A stretch of DNA of 62,903 nt, filler included, from Chiloscyllium plagiosum (GCF_004010195.1; 4 parts of one record of this genome joined end to end with filler, not necessarily neighbours in it); one strand, 5' to 3'; positions 50,210 to 62,610 are shown, counted from the first letter of the whole stretch. The notes: generated by a model from the sequence alone, not told the origin. Made by a program: numbers and translations.

Positions 50210-52119
50210 TGTTTATATACAGTATTGGGTTAGGTCAAGCTTGGGTATAGAAAAGTTAAACTTGCTTCCTGAGTTAACTAACTTCTGCCGGTCTCCAGTT
50301 GAATACTTTAGTATCGGGACCTTCAGAAGTCCCAATGCATTCTAACCTAGGAATTGCTGGGAAGTTCAAACCTCTGATGAGCTAATACATAGTCTCTGGA
50401 ATTCTCTCAAAAGATTTCTAATTCTGGAATTGGAATTGAAGAGTTCTGACTTATTTGTCTGCATAGTTACTCAGGAGAATTAGAGTTTAAAAACCGGTCA
50501 CTCTAAAACTAACCCTCTCCAGACAATGCTCAACCCTCAATGTGCCACCCAACCTGACTAAACAAACACAATCTAACTTGCACGATTCCTCCACTCGGCA
50601 AACCCACATCCTTCACCACTTTTCTCTCTCCAGCTTATCAGAAAAGCACTACATTTTTAGCCTGGGAACACAGCAGTTCCCACTGTAAAAGTGTGGCTTG
50701 AACTCTAGTGCTGAAAACATGCTATGCTGGAAAGTTCCCAGAACAACCACGCTCAGATTTTCAAGAGGCCTGAATAAGATGCTTCCTAACAGAAACAGAG
50801 ACCCAGCACAGAGTTAAAAAAAAAAGCAGAATTGGGAGTGTCTGTAGTTCCTACATTTTGGAAGATTCAGCCCTACACTGATACAAGTTTCAAAGTTCTT
50901 TACACACCATTGACAAATCATATAATAGCTTTGTAGACTGGGTGCTAAAAATTCTTCAGGTATCTTTCCTGTTGCCCAGACATTTTGCCCCAGTTTAGGT
51001 CCTTATATTGTTAATTAATGGCTACATCCTGCCTAGCTGCAATTTTCAGGGCTTCCACAATCAAGGAGCTCCTTTCCTGATTACCACCACTCCTCACTGA
51101 GATCTGCGTCACCACGTGCATCATCGTGCCCTCCATCACCAACTCCACAGAGATGCCTGATATTCAGCTTTCATCACATTTTGAGTGTTCCCAGCTGGAA
51201 GTGGATGTATTTCCAGCAGTGTTTCTGGTGATGCATTAGGATTAGAGAGATATTGGTCAATCATATTGGTCAGCATCTCTTGGGGGCAAAACTTCCTCCC
51301 AAGACAAGTCCTGTCTTCAGCCAACTAAACGCTCTACAGAGCTGCATAGCAGTTGAGAGTATTGGAAAAGCAATGAAGTTCTCAGAATGATGGAAGAGGG
51401 GAAAAGATCATAAGTAAATATTTTCAAAGGAAACAAGGACAGATTAGCTATGTTTCAAGGCATGAGAACTTGGTGAAGGAGGTGAGTGCAGGATAATTAG
51501 AGGGGTGCAGACTAAGCGAGAAAGAGAGATTGATAATGTTGGAAATTGAAAACAGGAGGCTCAAAGTAACTGAGGAGAAAAAAATAGACTCTCTCTCTTG
51601 AATATTGATTGGAGGAGTTATCCTTCAGACATTAATGCAAGAAAGTAGCAGCACAAAATCAAGCTTTTCAGCCAGTTTTACCCATCCAACAATAAAATGG
51701 CATAGATTAAGATTCTGGTTATAGTGACAATTTGTTTTCACACTGGTTATGACTGTAGGTTCCTCAGTAACAACAATCCTTCAATACAAAGATGGGCACA
51801 AGCAACCTTTATTTTACACGGAGGTACATTTACTGTGCCTTGTAAAGTGCTATATTTCAATTACAAAACCCTAAAAGCAAATGTAACACAGCACACTAAG
51901 AAAATAACGTCTGGAAACCAAAGCTTATGATTATTAGCCATAAAGAACCATAGATAACTTCAAACCCTAATTTTATTATCTGGCTAGGTTGAAAATAGTA
52001 CATAAAAGTCTCCTGTGCAGTAGCTAAATAAGCCAGTTAGGTACATTGCAACAATTGTTGCAATCAAAACTTTATTACTATGCTTCTTTCTCAAATCACG
52101 CAAACAGAAATAGCTAAAT

Positions 52120-52229
52120 GGCTCAGTGTTTAGCACTGCAGTCTCTCAGTGCCAAGGACTTGGGTTCTATTCCACCCTTGGGCCACTATCTGCGTGGGTT
52201 TCCTCCAGGTGCTGTGGTTTCCCCCTACA
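52120..52229 (+). mobile_element. HE1-type SINE 5' part
   Basis: ggctcagtgtttagcactgc...gggtttcctccaggtgct, cut by a Penelope insertion. Confidence 0.75.
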
Positions 52230-52499
52230 GGAGAAAGTGAGGTCTGCAGATGCTGGAGATCAGAGCTGGAAATGTGTTGCTGGAAAAGCGCAGCAGGTCA
52301 GGCAGCATCCAGGGAACAGGAGAATCGACGTTTCGGGCATAAGCCCTTCTTCAGGAATGGGGAAAGTTTGTCCAGCAGGCTATGATAAAAGGTAGGGAGG
52401 AGGGACTTGGGGGAGGGGCGTCGGAAATGTGATAGGTGGAAAGAGGTCAAGGTGAGGGTGATAGGTCAGACTGGGGTGGGGGCAGAGAGGTCGGGAAGA
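52230..52499 (-). mobile_element. Penelope family A 3' end
   Basis: Reverse complement of 52600-52797. Confidence 0.85.
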
Positions 52500-52599
52500 N
52501 NNNNNNNNNNNNNNNNNNNNNNNNNNNNNNNNNNNNNNNNNNNTTAATTAATTAANNNNNNNNNNNNNNNNNNNNNNNNNNNNNNNNNNNNNNNNNNNN
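52500..52599. other. artificial scaffold linker
   Basis: N44-TTAATTAATTAA-N44. Confidence 0.97.
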
Positions 52600-52797
52600 T
52601 TCCAACGTCCCTCCCCCAAGTCCCTCCTCCCTACCTTTTATCTTAGCCTGCTGGACACACTTTCCTCATTCCTGAAGAAGGGCTTATGCCCGAAACGTCG
52701 ATTCTCCTGTTCCTTGGATGCTGCCTGACCTGCTGCGCTTTTCCAGCAACACATTTTCAGCTCTGATCTCCAGCATCTGCAGCCCTCACTTTCTCCC
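52600..52797 (+). mobile_element. Penelope family A 3' end with an intact hammerhead core (52672-52699)
   Basis: CTGAAGA-A-GGGC(TTAT)GCCC-GAA-ACGT-C. Confidence 0.85.
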
Positions 52798-54237
52798 CTT
52801 AGTGAAGGTAATGTCAATCATGTGCAATACATGAACTTCCAAAAGAGGTTGTGTAGCTCAGTAGGTAATGCTTCTGGTATGGGTCAAAAGCTCTGATTTC
52901 AAGTTTTACTATAGTATGGAGTTGACCATCTGAACATAATTGTTATTCTCATTTTCTGCTCCCTTGGGTCCCTTTATTCATATTCAAGGGAGCTCACATT
53001 TCTATTCCTCATTCACTTCTAGGTTTGAGAAATTGGACTGTTCCTCCGCGGGATGCATCACTTCAACTCAATCCCTCAGATCACACAACAGGACCTCCAC
53101 AGGTTTGGTAGAGCCCTAACAATGATATTTGATTCAAGAGAAATGTAGAAATATGGGTGTTTGGTGAAGGTTTGGGGGGTATACAGCCTTAAATCCTAGT
53201 TGTATTTTCCATCCCTATATTGATTATAACCTCAGGAATCAATATGCAGTTCAACAATTCTGACACCTGCTAATATCCCTTTATCCAAAGATCCTTCCTT
53301 TTACAGAAGAAAATGATTGCCTCTGATATTGCTTGGGAAACTCAACTGTTATTCTTATATCTTGAATAAATTAGTGTCACAGAAAAGCCCCATACATGAT
53401 AAACAGGTTCCCGACATGCTGCTGGTCCCATGCACCCTTAAACCACACCATGCGACTCCAATTCCTATATTGAAATTCAGTGTTTGATGATTATCTTATG
53501 AAATTTTATATTACAACTTACCTTTGATCCAATGATTTCTGCTTCATACTAATTTGAACCTGCAGCAGTGTAAAGAGCCTGAGCTTCAGCTAGCTCTCAA
53601 ACTTGTTGCATGTAGGTGTAGGGAATGCTGGATGACGCGGGAAATTGAGGCGCTGGTCAAGAAAAAGGAGGAATATGATGAATATAGACAGCTGGAATTC
53701 AGTGAATTCCTCGAGAAAGCATAGCAAATAGCATTAAGGAGAATTCAAAGAGATTCTACAAATAATTCCCCCCACACTAAGGGGATTGTCTTTTCGTTCT
53801 AGTCTGGCAGTTAAACATACCATCGTTCTGCCATTCCCACAATCCAATCACTTAATCTGAATTATCAACACCCTTTCTCCCTCAGCATCCCACCTCCCAC
53901 ACCCACTTTTGCATAAATGCTGCCCCTCCACACTTCACATCAGCTCTGATGAACACTCATCTGGACTCATAATGTTAGCTTGTTCTCTCTCCATGGATGC
54001 TGCCTGATCCATTGTGATCTCCAGCACTTTTTGTTTTCAGTACAGATTCCAGCAAATGCAAAAATTTGCTCCAACAAAGCAAAAGTGTAACTAGGGAGAG
54101 AATAGGCCCCCTTAATGATCAACACGACTGTCTATGTGTGGAACCACACGAGATTGGAGAGATACTAAATAAGTATATTGTGTCAGTATTTTTTGTGGAG
54201 AAGGAAATGGAAACAAGAGAACTTGGAGAAATAAATA

Positions 54238-55054
54238 TAGAGGAACTTTGATTATCCGAACGAGATGGGTGGGCACTATTTCGTTCAGAAAATTGATTAT
54301 TCGGTTAATTGGTTCAATGCCTTTCCTCTGGGGCTCGGAGTTTTCTGTTAAGTCCACTTCCTATTCAGGAGACTAGACAGCAGCACACTGTCCCCCAACC
54401 ACCCCCTGACCCAACCCCGTCCAACACCGCCCCCCACCTACCCCCCAAACCCGTCCAACACTACCCCCTTCCTCCCCCCACCCCCCAACCTCATCCTACA
54501 CCGTCCTCCTCCTGCCACCCCTCATCCCAACCCCGTCCAACACCGCATCCAGTGGGCTTCCACTCCCCCCCCCACCCCCCACCCCCACCACCACCCCTCG
54601 CGTGTCTGCTTGGGTTTCTTCAAGGTGCTCCGGTTTCACACACACACACAGACACACACACACACACAGACACACACACACACTCTCACACACAACTTTT
54701 TACTGCAACTTTTTGACAGGTTCCACCTTTGCCCTGCACAGGGCAATGTTGGAGAGATTATCTGGGGAAGGGGGGTTTAGGGTACATGCCTGTGTAGAAC
54801 TCCAGGGAAAGTGTGGGGAGAGAGAGAGAGAGCGCGGGAGGTTAGTCATTTGGAGACGCTACCTGGGCTCCCATTGATGTCCAGGACTGTTCTTGGCAGC
54901 ATTTCAGTAATGCCCCGAGTTCACTTTTAATCATTGTGAACAAAAGACATGATCAGTGTTGGAAACACATCTTTGTTTCTATTGGCACCCCGAGATCTCC
55001 TTCCGATAATCCGATATTCGGATAATTGATATTCTGATAATTGAGGTTCTTCTG
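54238..55054. mobile_element. Tc1/mariner-pogo type non-autonomous element (MITE) with TA TSD
   Basis: TIRs tagaggaactttgattatccgaa / ttctgataattgaggttcttctg; host CR1 gaaataaaTA|gtgatatc is split with TA duplicated. Confidence 0.8.
54638..54693 (+). repeat. (CA)n microsatellite, imperfect
   Basis: Directly visible. Confidence 0.95.
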
Positions 55055-55596
55055 TAGTGATATCGTGAAAAGTGTCCACATTACAGAAGAGGAGGTGTTG
55101 GATGTCTTAAAATGCATAGAGGTGGATAAATCCCCGGACAAGATCAGGTGTATCTTAAAACAGTGTGGAAAGTTAGGGAAGTGATTGCCTGGGTCCCTTG
55201 CAGAGATAGTTTTATTGTCAATAGCCATGGGTGAGATGCTAAGACTGGAGGGTGGCAAATGTGGTGCCATTATCTAAGAATGATGGTAAGGAAAAGCTAA
55301 GGAACTATAGACCTGATGTCAGTGGTGGCCAAGTTATTGGAGCTGATACTGAGGGACAGGAATTACATGTATTTAGAAAGGTCAGAACTGATCAGGGATA
55401 CTCAGTATGGCTTTGCGTATGGAAAATCATGTCTCACTAACAGAACAGAACATAGAACATGGAACAGTACGGAACAGTACAGGCCCTTCGGCCATCGACA
55501 TTGTGCTGACCTTTTATCCTACTCTAAGATCAGACTAATCTACATCCCCTTCATTGTACTAACTTTGATGTGCCTATCCAAGAGTCGCTTAAAAGG

Positions 55597-57202
55597 TTTG
55601 AGTATTCTAAAAGGCATTAAGGTGAACAAGTCCCCAGGTCCGGACGGGATCTATCCCAGGTTACTTAAGGAAGCGAGAGAGGAAATAGCTGGGGCCTAAA
55701 CAGATATCTTTGCAGTATCCTTGAACACGGGTGAAGTGCTGGTGAACTGGAGAATTGCTAATGTAATCCCCTTGTTTATGAAGGATAGCAGGAATATTCC
55801 AGGTAATTATAGACCGATGAGCCTGACATCGGTAGGAATGAGTAGTTGGAATGCTGCTGGAGAAGATACTGAGGGATAGGCTCTACTTACATTTGGAAGA
55901 AAATGGGCTTGTCAGTGATAGGCAGTGTGGTTTTGTGCAGGGAAAGTCACATCTTAGCAACTGAATAGAATTCTTTGAGGAAGTAACAAAGTTGATTGAT
56001 GAGGGAAGAGCTGTAGATATCATATACATAGACTTTAGTAAGGCGTTTGATACAGTTCTCCATGGTAGGCTGATGGAGAAAGTGAAGTCGCATGGGGTCC
56101 AGGCTGTACTAGCTAGATGGATAGAAAACTGGCTAGGCAGCAGGAAGCAGAGAGTAGTAATGGAAGAGAGTTTCTCAAAAATGGAGAACTGTGGCCAGTG
56201 GTGTTCTACAGGGATCTGTGTTGGGATCACTGTTGTTTGTGATACACATAAATGATCTGAGGGAAGGTATGGGTGGTCTGATTAGTAAGTTTGCAGATGA
56301 CACTAAGATTGGTGGAGTAGCAGATAGTGAAGGGGACTGTCAGAGAATGCAGCAGAATATAGATAGATTGGAGCATTGTGCAGAGAAATGGCAGATGGAG
56401 TTCAATCAGGGCCAATGCGAGGTGATGCATTTTGAAAGATTCAATTCAGGAGCGAACTCTGCGGTAAATGGAAAAGTCCTGTGGAAAATTGATGTAGAGA
56501 GAGATCTGGGTATTTAGATCCATTGTACCCTGAAGGTGGCAACGCAGTTTGATAGAGTGGTCAAGAAGGCATACTGCATGCTTTCTTTCATCAGACAGGA
56601 TATTGAGTACAAATGTTGGCAGGTCATGTTTACAGTTGTGTAGGGGTTTGATTTGGCCACATTTGGAATACTGCGAACAGTTCTGGTCACCACATTACCA
56701 CAAGGATGTGGATACTTTGGAGAGGGTTCAGAGGAGGTTCACCAGGATGTTTACTGGTATGGAGGGTGCTAGCTATGAAGAGAGGTTCAGTAGATTAGGA
56801 TTATTTTCATTAGGAATACAGAGGTTGAGAGGGGACCTGATTGAGGTCTACAAAATCATGAGGTATGGACAGGGTGGATAGCAAGAAGCTTTTTCCCAGA
56901 GTGGAGAACTCAGTTACTAGGAGTCATGAGTTCAAGGTGAGAGGGGAAAAGTTTAGGGGAGATATGCATGGAAAGTTCTTTACGCAGAGGGTCGTGGATG
57001 CCTGGAATGCATTGCCAGTGGAGGTGGTAGAGTTGGGCATGATAATGTCATTTAACCGACATCTAGACAGATACATGAATGGGTAGGGAGCAGAGGGATA
57101 CAAATCCTAAGCAAATAGGTGACAGGTTTAGATAGAAGATCTGGATTGGCGCAGAATTGGAGGGCAAAAAGGGCCTGTTCCTGTGCTGTAATTTTGTTCT
57201 TT
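55597..57202 (+). mobile_element. second CR1 LINE nested in the first, preceded by an inverted CR1 tail at 55440-55592
   Basis: KSPGPDGIYPRLLKE, DFSKAFD, KFADDTKIGG, FFTQRVVDAWNALP; has its own 3' tail. Confidence 0.88.
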
Positions 57203-57955
57203 GTAAACTTGATTGAATTTTTTTGTAAAGAGGATTAATGAAGGCAGAATGATGGGTGTTATCAATGTAGACTTCAGCAAAACATGTGACAAAGTTCCTC
57301 ATGGCTGACAGTTTAGCAAGATTAGATTACATGGAATCTAGGGAGAGCTAGCCATTTGGATACAAAATTGATTTGAAGGTAGGAGATAGAAGGATAGTTG
57401 TTTTTTGGAATGGAGGCTGGTGACTAGAGATGCACCGTAGAGATCGGTGCTGGATCTACTACTTCTAGTCATTTATATAAATGATTTGGAAGTCATTTAG
57501 GAGGCGTGGTTAGTAAGTTTGCAGATGACACCAAAATTGGTGATGTCATGGGCAGTGAAGATGGTTATCTCAAAGTAGGTGAATTGGCAATGCTAAATTG
57601 CCCATAGTGTTAGGTTGTTAGTCAGGGGTAAAGGGTCAGTGTGGACTTGTTGGGCAGAAGGACCTGTTTACATACTGCAGGGAATCTAATCTGAATCTAA
57701 TCAGTACAACAGGACCTTGATCCAATGGGCCAATGGGCAAGGAGTGGCAGATGGAGTTTAATTTAGATAGATGTGAGGTGCTAAATTTTAGAAAGGCAAA
57801 TCAGGGCAAGACTTATACACTTAATGGTAAAGTCCTGGGGAGTGTTGCTGAACAAAGAGACCTTGGGGTGCAGTTTCATAGTTCCTTGAAAGTGGAGTCC
57901 CAGGTAGACAGCATGGTAAAGAAGGTGTTTAGTATGCTTGCCTTTATTGGTCAGT

Positions 57956-58142
57956 TTGGCAGAGGTGGGTACTGCACATGCTGGAGATTAGAGTCAAAAT
58001 TAGAGTGGTGCTCGAAAAGCACATCAGGTCATGCAGCATCCGAGGAGCAGGAAAACTCGTTGTTTCGGGCAAAAGCCCTTCATCAGGAATGGGAATCAGC
58101 TGCCTGACCTGCTGTGCTTTTCCAGCACCACTCTAATCTTGA
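57956..58142. mobile_element. miniature fold-back Penelope insertion, 14-bp TSD
   Basis: TSD CTTTATTGGTCAGT at 57942-57955 and 58143-58156. Confidence 0.8.
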
Positions 58143-58363
58143 CTTTATTGGTCAGTGTGTTGAGTACAGGAGTTGGGAGGTCATATACAGCCATTACGGT
58201 CATTAGTTAGGCCACTGCAATACTGTGTGCAATTCTAGTCTCCATGGTATAGGAAGGATATTGTGAAACTTGGAAGTGTTCAGAAAAGATTTACAAGCAT
58301 TTTGCCAAGGTTGGAGGATTTGAGCTATCAGAAGAGGCTGAATTGGCTCACGGTGGGCTCACT

Positions 58364-58652
58364 GGGTGGCACGGTGGCACAGTGGTTAGCACTGCTGCCT
58401 CACAGCACCAGAGACCTGGGTTCAATTCCCACCTCAGGCAACTGTCTGTGTGAAGTTTCCTCTGGGTGCTCCGGTTTCCTCCCTCGGTCCAAAGAATGTG
58501 CAGGTTAGGTGAATTGGCCATGCTAAATTGCCTGTAGTGTTAGGTGAAGGGATAAATGTAGGGGAATGGGTATGGGTGGGTTGTTCTTCAGAGGGTCAGT
58601 GTGGACTTGTTGGGCCAAAGGGCTTGTTTCCACACTGTAAGTAATCTAATCT
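58364..58652 (+). mobile_element. HE1-type V-SINE
   Basis: Matches 35970-36288. Confidence 0.9.
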
Positions 58653-59476
58653 GGCTGGGGCTATTTACCATGGAGTGTGACCCTACAGAAATTTATAAAA
58701 TCATGGGGGGCATAGATAGGTTCTTTTTCCCAGGATAGGGGAGTCCAAAACTAGAGGGTTTAAGGTGAGAGGAAAAGAAAGTTTAAGAGGAGTTTAAAGA
58801 AAGATTTAAAAGGGATCTATGGGCAACTTTTTCACACAGAGAGTGGTGCATATATGGAATAAGCTGTCCAAGGAAGTGGTGTGGAAGCTGGTACAATAAC
58901 AGCATTTAAAAGGCATCTGGATGGGTCTGTGAATAGGAAGGGTTGAGAGGTATATGGGTCAAATGCTAACAAATGGAACTAGATTAATTTAGGATATCTG
59001 GTTGGCATTAACAGGTTGAACTGAAGAGTCTGTTTGCATGTTGTATATCTCTATGACTCTAAATGAAACCAGTTGGGACTCATTGTGCACTGTGCTATCA
59101 TAACTTCAGTTAAATTCTGATTGGAGAGTAATTCAACATTGGTGGACTTTTATATTGAAAATATCAATGTATAAATAAGAAATTCCCAAGTAGAAACATC
59201 AAGACTTTTTGTTCCAATTTTGATGTGATTGCTGAAGTATTGGTTCTTACCACTGACTTCAAAGAAAGCTACCAACAAAAAATTCCAAATATCTGTGCAT
59301 GGATTAAACTTTCTTGAAGGTTCATTTGAATATGGCCACAAGACAAGAAGACCACCAGACTCCCAGCAGCAAAAGCAATCAAGCAGGACAAACAGCCAAT
59401 CGCACTGAATGATTTTCGAGGTCAGCAATCAGAAAATAAAATCACTGATTATCCTTCATTTTATATTATTTTACAG

Positions 59477-59524
59477 AGACTGAAAGATAGATTGGGAGAC
59501 TGACATATTCGAAGCTGAACTTTG
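59477..59524 (+). other. candidate 48-nt exon (non-coding or decayed)
   Basis: attttacag|...|gtaagc; stops in all three frames. Confidence 0.4.
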
Positions 59525-59773
59525 GTAAGCAAATTTTAAAATGCTAATTTTTATCACTTTATAAAAATGGATGTTTTTTAATCATAATAGAAAAGATTGA
59601 CATTACGCAAATATGCATTAGTTTTCCAGGACCAGAGACATACTTCAAGAATAGTTATTGTCATAAAAATCCTGGTACATTTTATTAACAGTGTTCTTGA
59701 ATTTTTTTTAAAAAGAATATAAAAAGGGAAATTATTAAGACTTCAGTAATATCTATTTGATTTGCATTTGCAG

Positions 59774-59893
59774 ATGCATCGTTTTCAATACCATGTCTTC
59801 TGAAGAAGTTTAGAATCACTGACAACAATTTCTGAATTCCCATATCCAATTGCACCTATGTAGACTTCAGGAGTTCCTACCTTTTTTCAATGA
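59774..59893 (+). other. candidate 120-nt exon (non-coding or decayed)
   Basis: tttgcatttgcag|...|gtaaag; stops in all three frames. Confidence 0.3.
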
Positions 59894-60112
59894 GTAAAGA
59901 TTCAAAAGTTATTAGTTTCACCATTGTTATTATTGTAAAATCTGAATCTATATTTCTGGATCTAACGTAACTGACAGCCAAAAATTAGTTTTGAGATGAG
60001 CTCAAGTTCTAAATTACAATTTCAAGTTGTTTGTGGTTTATTCTTTTTCTAACAGTAAACTATTAACCAACAGCTAAAGAAAACAGCAGTAAACTATTAA
60101 TCAACAGCCAAG

Positions 60113-60237
60113 ATGGCTCCTGTTGTTGTTGTTTTTGATTTATCATCTGTAAGAAACTTATGGGAAGGAAGAATAAAAAAACAGAAAGAACGGCAGCGAA
60201 GAGAAAGAGAAAGACAGGAAAAAAGCGCATTAACAAA
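60113..60237 (+). CDS. FAM240-family-like small protein, first coding exon (exon probably starts at 60056)
   Basis: Strong Kozak GCCAAGATGG. MAPVVVVFDLSSVRNLWEGRIKKQKERQRRERERQEKSALTK fits the recalled FAM240 pattern WE..I.KQ......E..RQE.SAL.K without gaps. Acceptor ttctttttctaacag; phase-2 donor AA|GTAAGT. Confidence 0.65.
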
Positions 60238-60659
60238 GTAAGTTTGCATAATGTCTTGCTGATAATAGCTTGAAAAGCTTAATGTTTAAAGTTTTTAAAT
60301 AGTTCATAAGGTGGTGAAAAATAACACTGGTTCATAATGGTTTATAATTTCTATATATTAATATATATTAAGATATGATGGAACTAATTGGATAAGGCTC
60401 CAAACTGGTGCAAAGATTCTATTGTGGAATAAAGCTCAGTCCATTCAATATGATGCAGGCAGACTTTGTGCTGCTGTTGCTAAAATGAAAACCTAAACTC
60501 TGCTGAATGGATACACATCTCAGCAAAGGAACCAAATTTGTACAAGGCTAGCCTGCACCTGCTGAAGGATATATGCCTTTGGTCTGGAGGAGATGATGAT
60601 CTTGGCTCAGGGTGAACATCTGACTTGAGAAAAGAGTGAATATGATATCACAGCGGCAG

Positions 60660-62130
60660 AGTGGAGAAAGGCCAATTTTGACGGTAGGAGGCAAGAACTT
60701 TCGAAAGCTGATTGGAGGCAGATGTTCGCAGGTAAAGGGACGGCTGGAAAAGGTTAAACCTTCAGAAATGAGATAATGAGAATCCAGAAAGAGTATATTC
60801 CTGTCAGGGTGAAAGGAAAGGCTGGTAGGTATAGGGAATGCTGGATGACTAAAGAAATTGAGGGTTTGGTTAAGAAAAAGAAGGAAGCATATATCAAGTA
60901 TAGACAGGATAGATCGAGTGAATTCTTAGAAGAGTATAAAGGCAGCAGGAGTATACTTAAGAGGGAAATCAGGAGGGCAAAAAGGGGACATGAGATAGCT
61001 TTGGCAAATAAAATTAAGGAGAATCCAAAAAGTTTTTATAAATAAGTTAAGGACAAAAGGGTAACTAAGGGAGAGAATAGGGCCCCTCAAAGATCAGCAA
61101 GGGTAACCTTTGTGTGGAGCAGCAGAAAATGGGGGAGATACTAAACGAATATTTTGCATCAGTATTTACTGTGGAAAAGGATATGGACGATATAGACTGT
61201 AGGGAAATAGATGGTGACATCTTGCAAACTGTCCAGATTACAGAGGAGGATGTGCTGGATGTCTTGAAACGGGTAAAGGTGGATAAATCCCCAGGACCTG
61301 ATCAGTTGTGCCTAGAACTGTGGGAAGCTAGAGAAGTGATTGTTGGGTCTCTTGCTGAGATATTTGTATCATCGATCGTCACAGGTGAGATGCTGGAACA
61401 CTGGAGGTTGGCAAATGTACTGCCACTGTTTAAGAAGGGCAGTAAGGACAAGCCAGGGAACTACAGACCGGTGAGCCTGATCTCGGTGGTGGGCAAGTTG
61501 TTGGAGGGAATCCTGAGGGACAGGATGTACATGTATTTGGAAAGGCAAGGACTGATTCGGGATAGCCAACATGGCTTTGTGCATGGGAAATCATGTCTCA
61601 CAAACTTGATTGAGTTTTTTGAAGAAGTAACAAAGAGGATTGATGAGGGCAGAGCAGTAGATGTGATCTATATGGACTTCAGTAAAGCTTTCGACAAGGT
61701 TCCCCATGGGAGACTGATTAGCAAGGTCAGATCTCATGGAATACAGGGAGAACTAGACATTTGGATACAGAACTGGCTCAAAGGTAGAAGACAGAGGGGG
61801 TGGTGGAGTGTTGTTTTTCAGATTGGAGGCCTGTGACCAGTGGAGTGACACAAGGATCGGTGCTGGGTCCTCTACTTTTTGTCACTTACATAAATGATTT
61901 GGATGCGAGCATAACAGGTACAGTTAGTAAGTTTGCAGATGACACCAAAATTGGAGGTGTAGTGCACAGCAAAGAGGATTACCTCAGATTACAACCGGAA
62001 TCTTGACTAGATGAGCCAATGGACTGAGAAGTAGCAGATGGAGTTTAATTCAGATAAATGCAAGGCGCTACAGTTTGGGAAAGCAAATCCTAGCAGGACT
62101 TATATACTTCATGGTAAGGTCCTAGGGAGT
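60660..62130 (+). mobile_element. relatively young CR1 LINE ORF2 (RT) segment
   Basis: 240-aa open stretch with KPGNYRPVSL, QHGF..GKSCLTNLIEFF, YMDFSKAFDKVPH; then KFADDTK. Confidence 0.93.
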
Positions 62131-62131
62131 T

Positions 62132-62606
62132 TAGGGTGTACGTTTGCTCGCTGAGCTGTAGGTCTGATATCCAGACGTTTCATTACCTGGCTAGGTAACA
62201 TCATCAGTGGCGACCTCCAAGTGAAGCGAAGCTGTTGTCTCCTGCTTTCTATTTATATCTTTCTGTTGGATGGGGTTCCTCAGGTTTGTGGTGATGTCAT
62301 TTCCTGATCGTTTTCTGAGGGGTTGATTGATGGCATCTAGATCTATGTCTTTGTTTATGGCGTTGTGGTTGGAGTGCCAGGCCTCTAGGAATTCTCTGGT
62401 ATGTCTTTGCTTAGCCTGTCCCAGGATAGATGTGTTGTCCCAGTCAAAATGGTGGGTTTTTTTCATCCGTGTGTAGGGCTACGAGGGAGAGAGGGTCATA
62501 TCTTTTTGTGGCTAGCTGGTGTTCGTGTATCCTGGCGGCTAACTTTCTTCCTGTTTGTCCTACGTAATGTTTGTGGCAGTGCTTGCATGGAATTTTGTAG
62601 ATGACA
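62132..62606 (-). mobile_element. Penelope-like element 3' part (family C)
   Basis: VIYKIPCKHCHKHYVGQTGRKLAARIHEHQ; HFDWDNTSILGQ...REFLEAWHS. Confidence 0.88.
62171..62210 (-). ncRNA. minimal hammerhead ribozyme motif (Penelope family C)
   Basis: CCA-CTGATGA-T-GTTACCT(AGCC)AGGTAAT-GAA-ACGT-C-TGG. Confidence 0.7.
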
Positions 62607-62610
62607 AAAA

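Larger units (their letters stand above)
53620..59060 (+). mobile_element. CR1 LINE ORF2 (degenerate) hosting several nested insertions
   Basis: EIGEILNKY, ANVVPL..KEKLRNYRP, GKSCLT|NLIEFF (split 55440/57205), KWQMEFN, RFTSILP; tail at about 59060. Confidence 0.85.

Noticed and set aside
54309..54877. Proline- and His/Thr-rich ORFs
   Set aside because: Produced by C-rich low-complexity sequence and (CA)n inside a MITE/SINE.
61114..61836. Longest ORF (240 aa) as a host gene
   Set aside because: It is CR1 reverse transcriptase, with stops and frameshifts on both sides.
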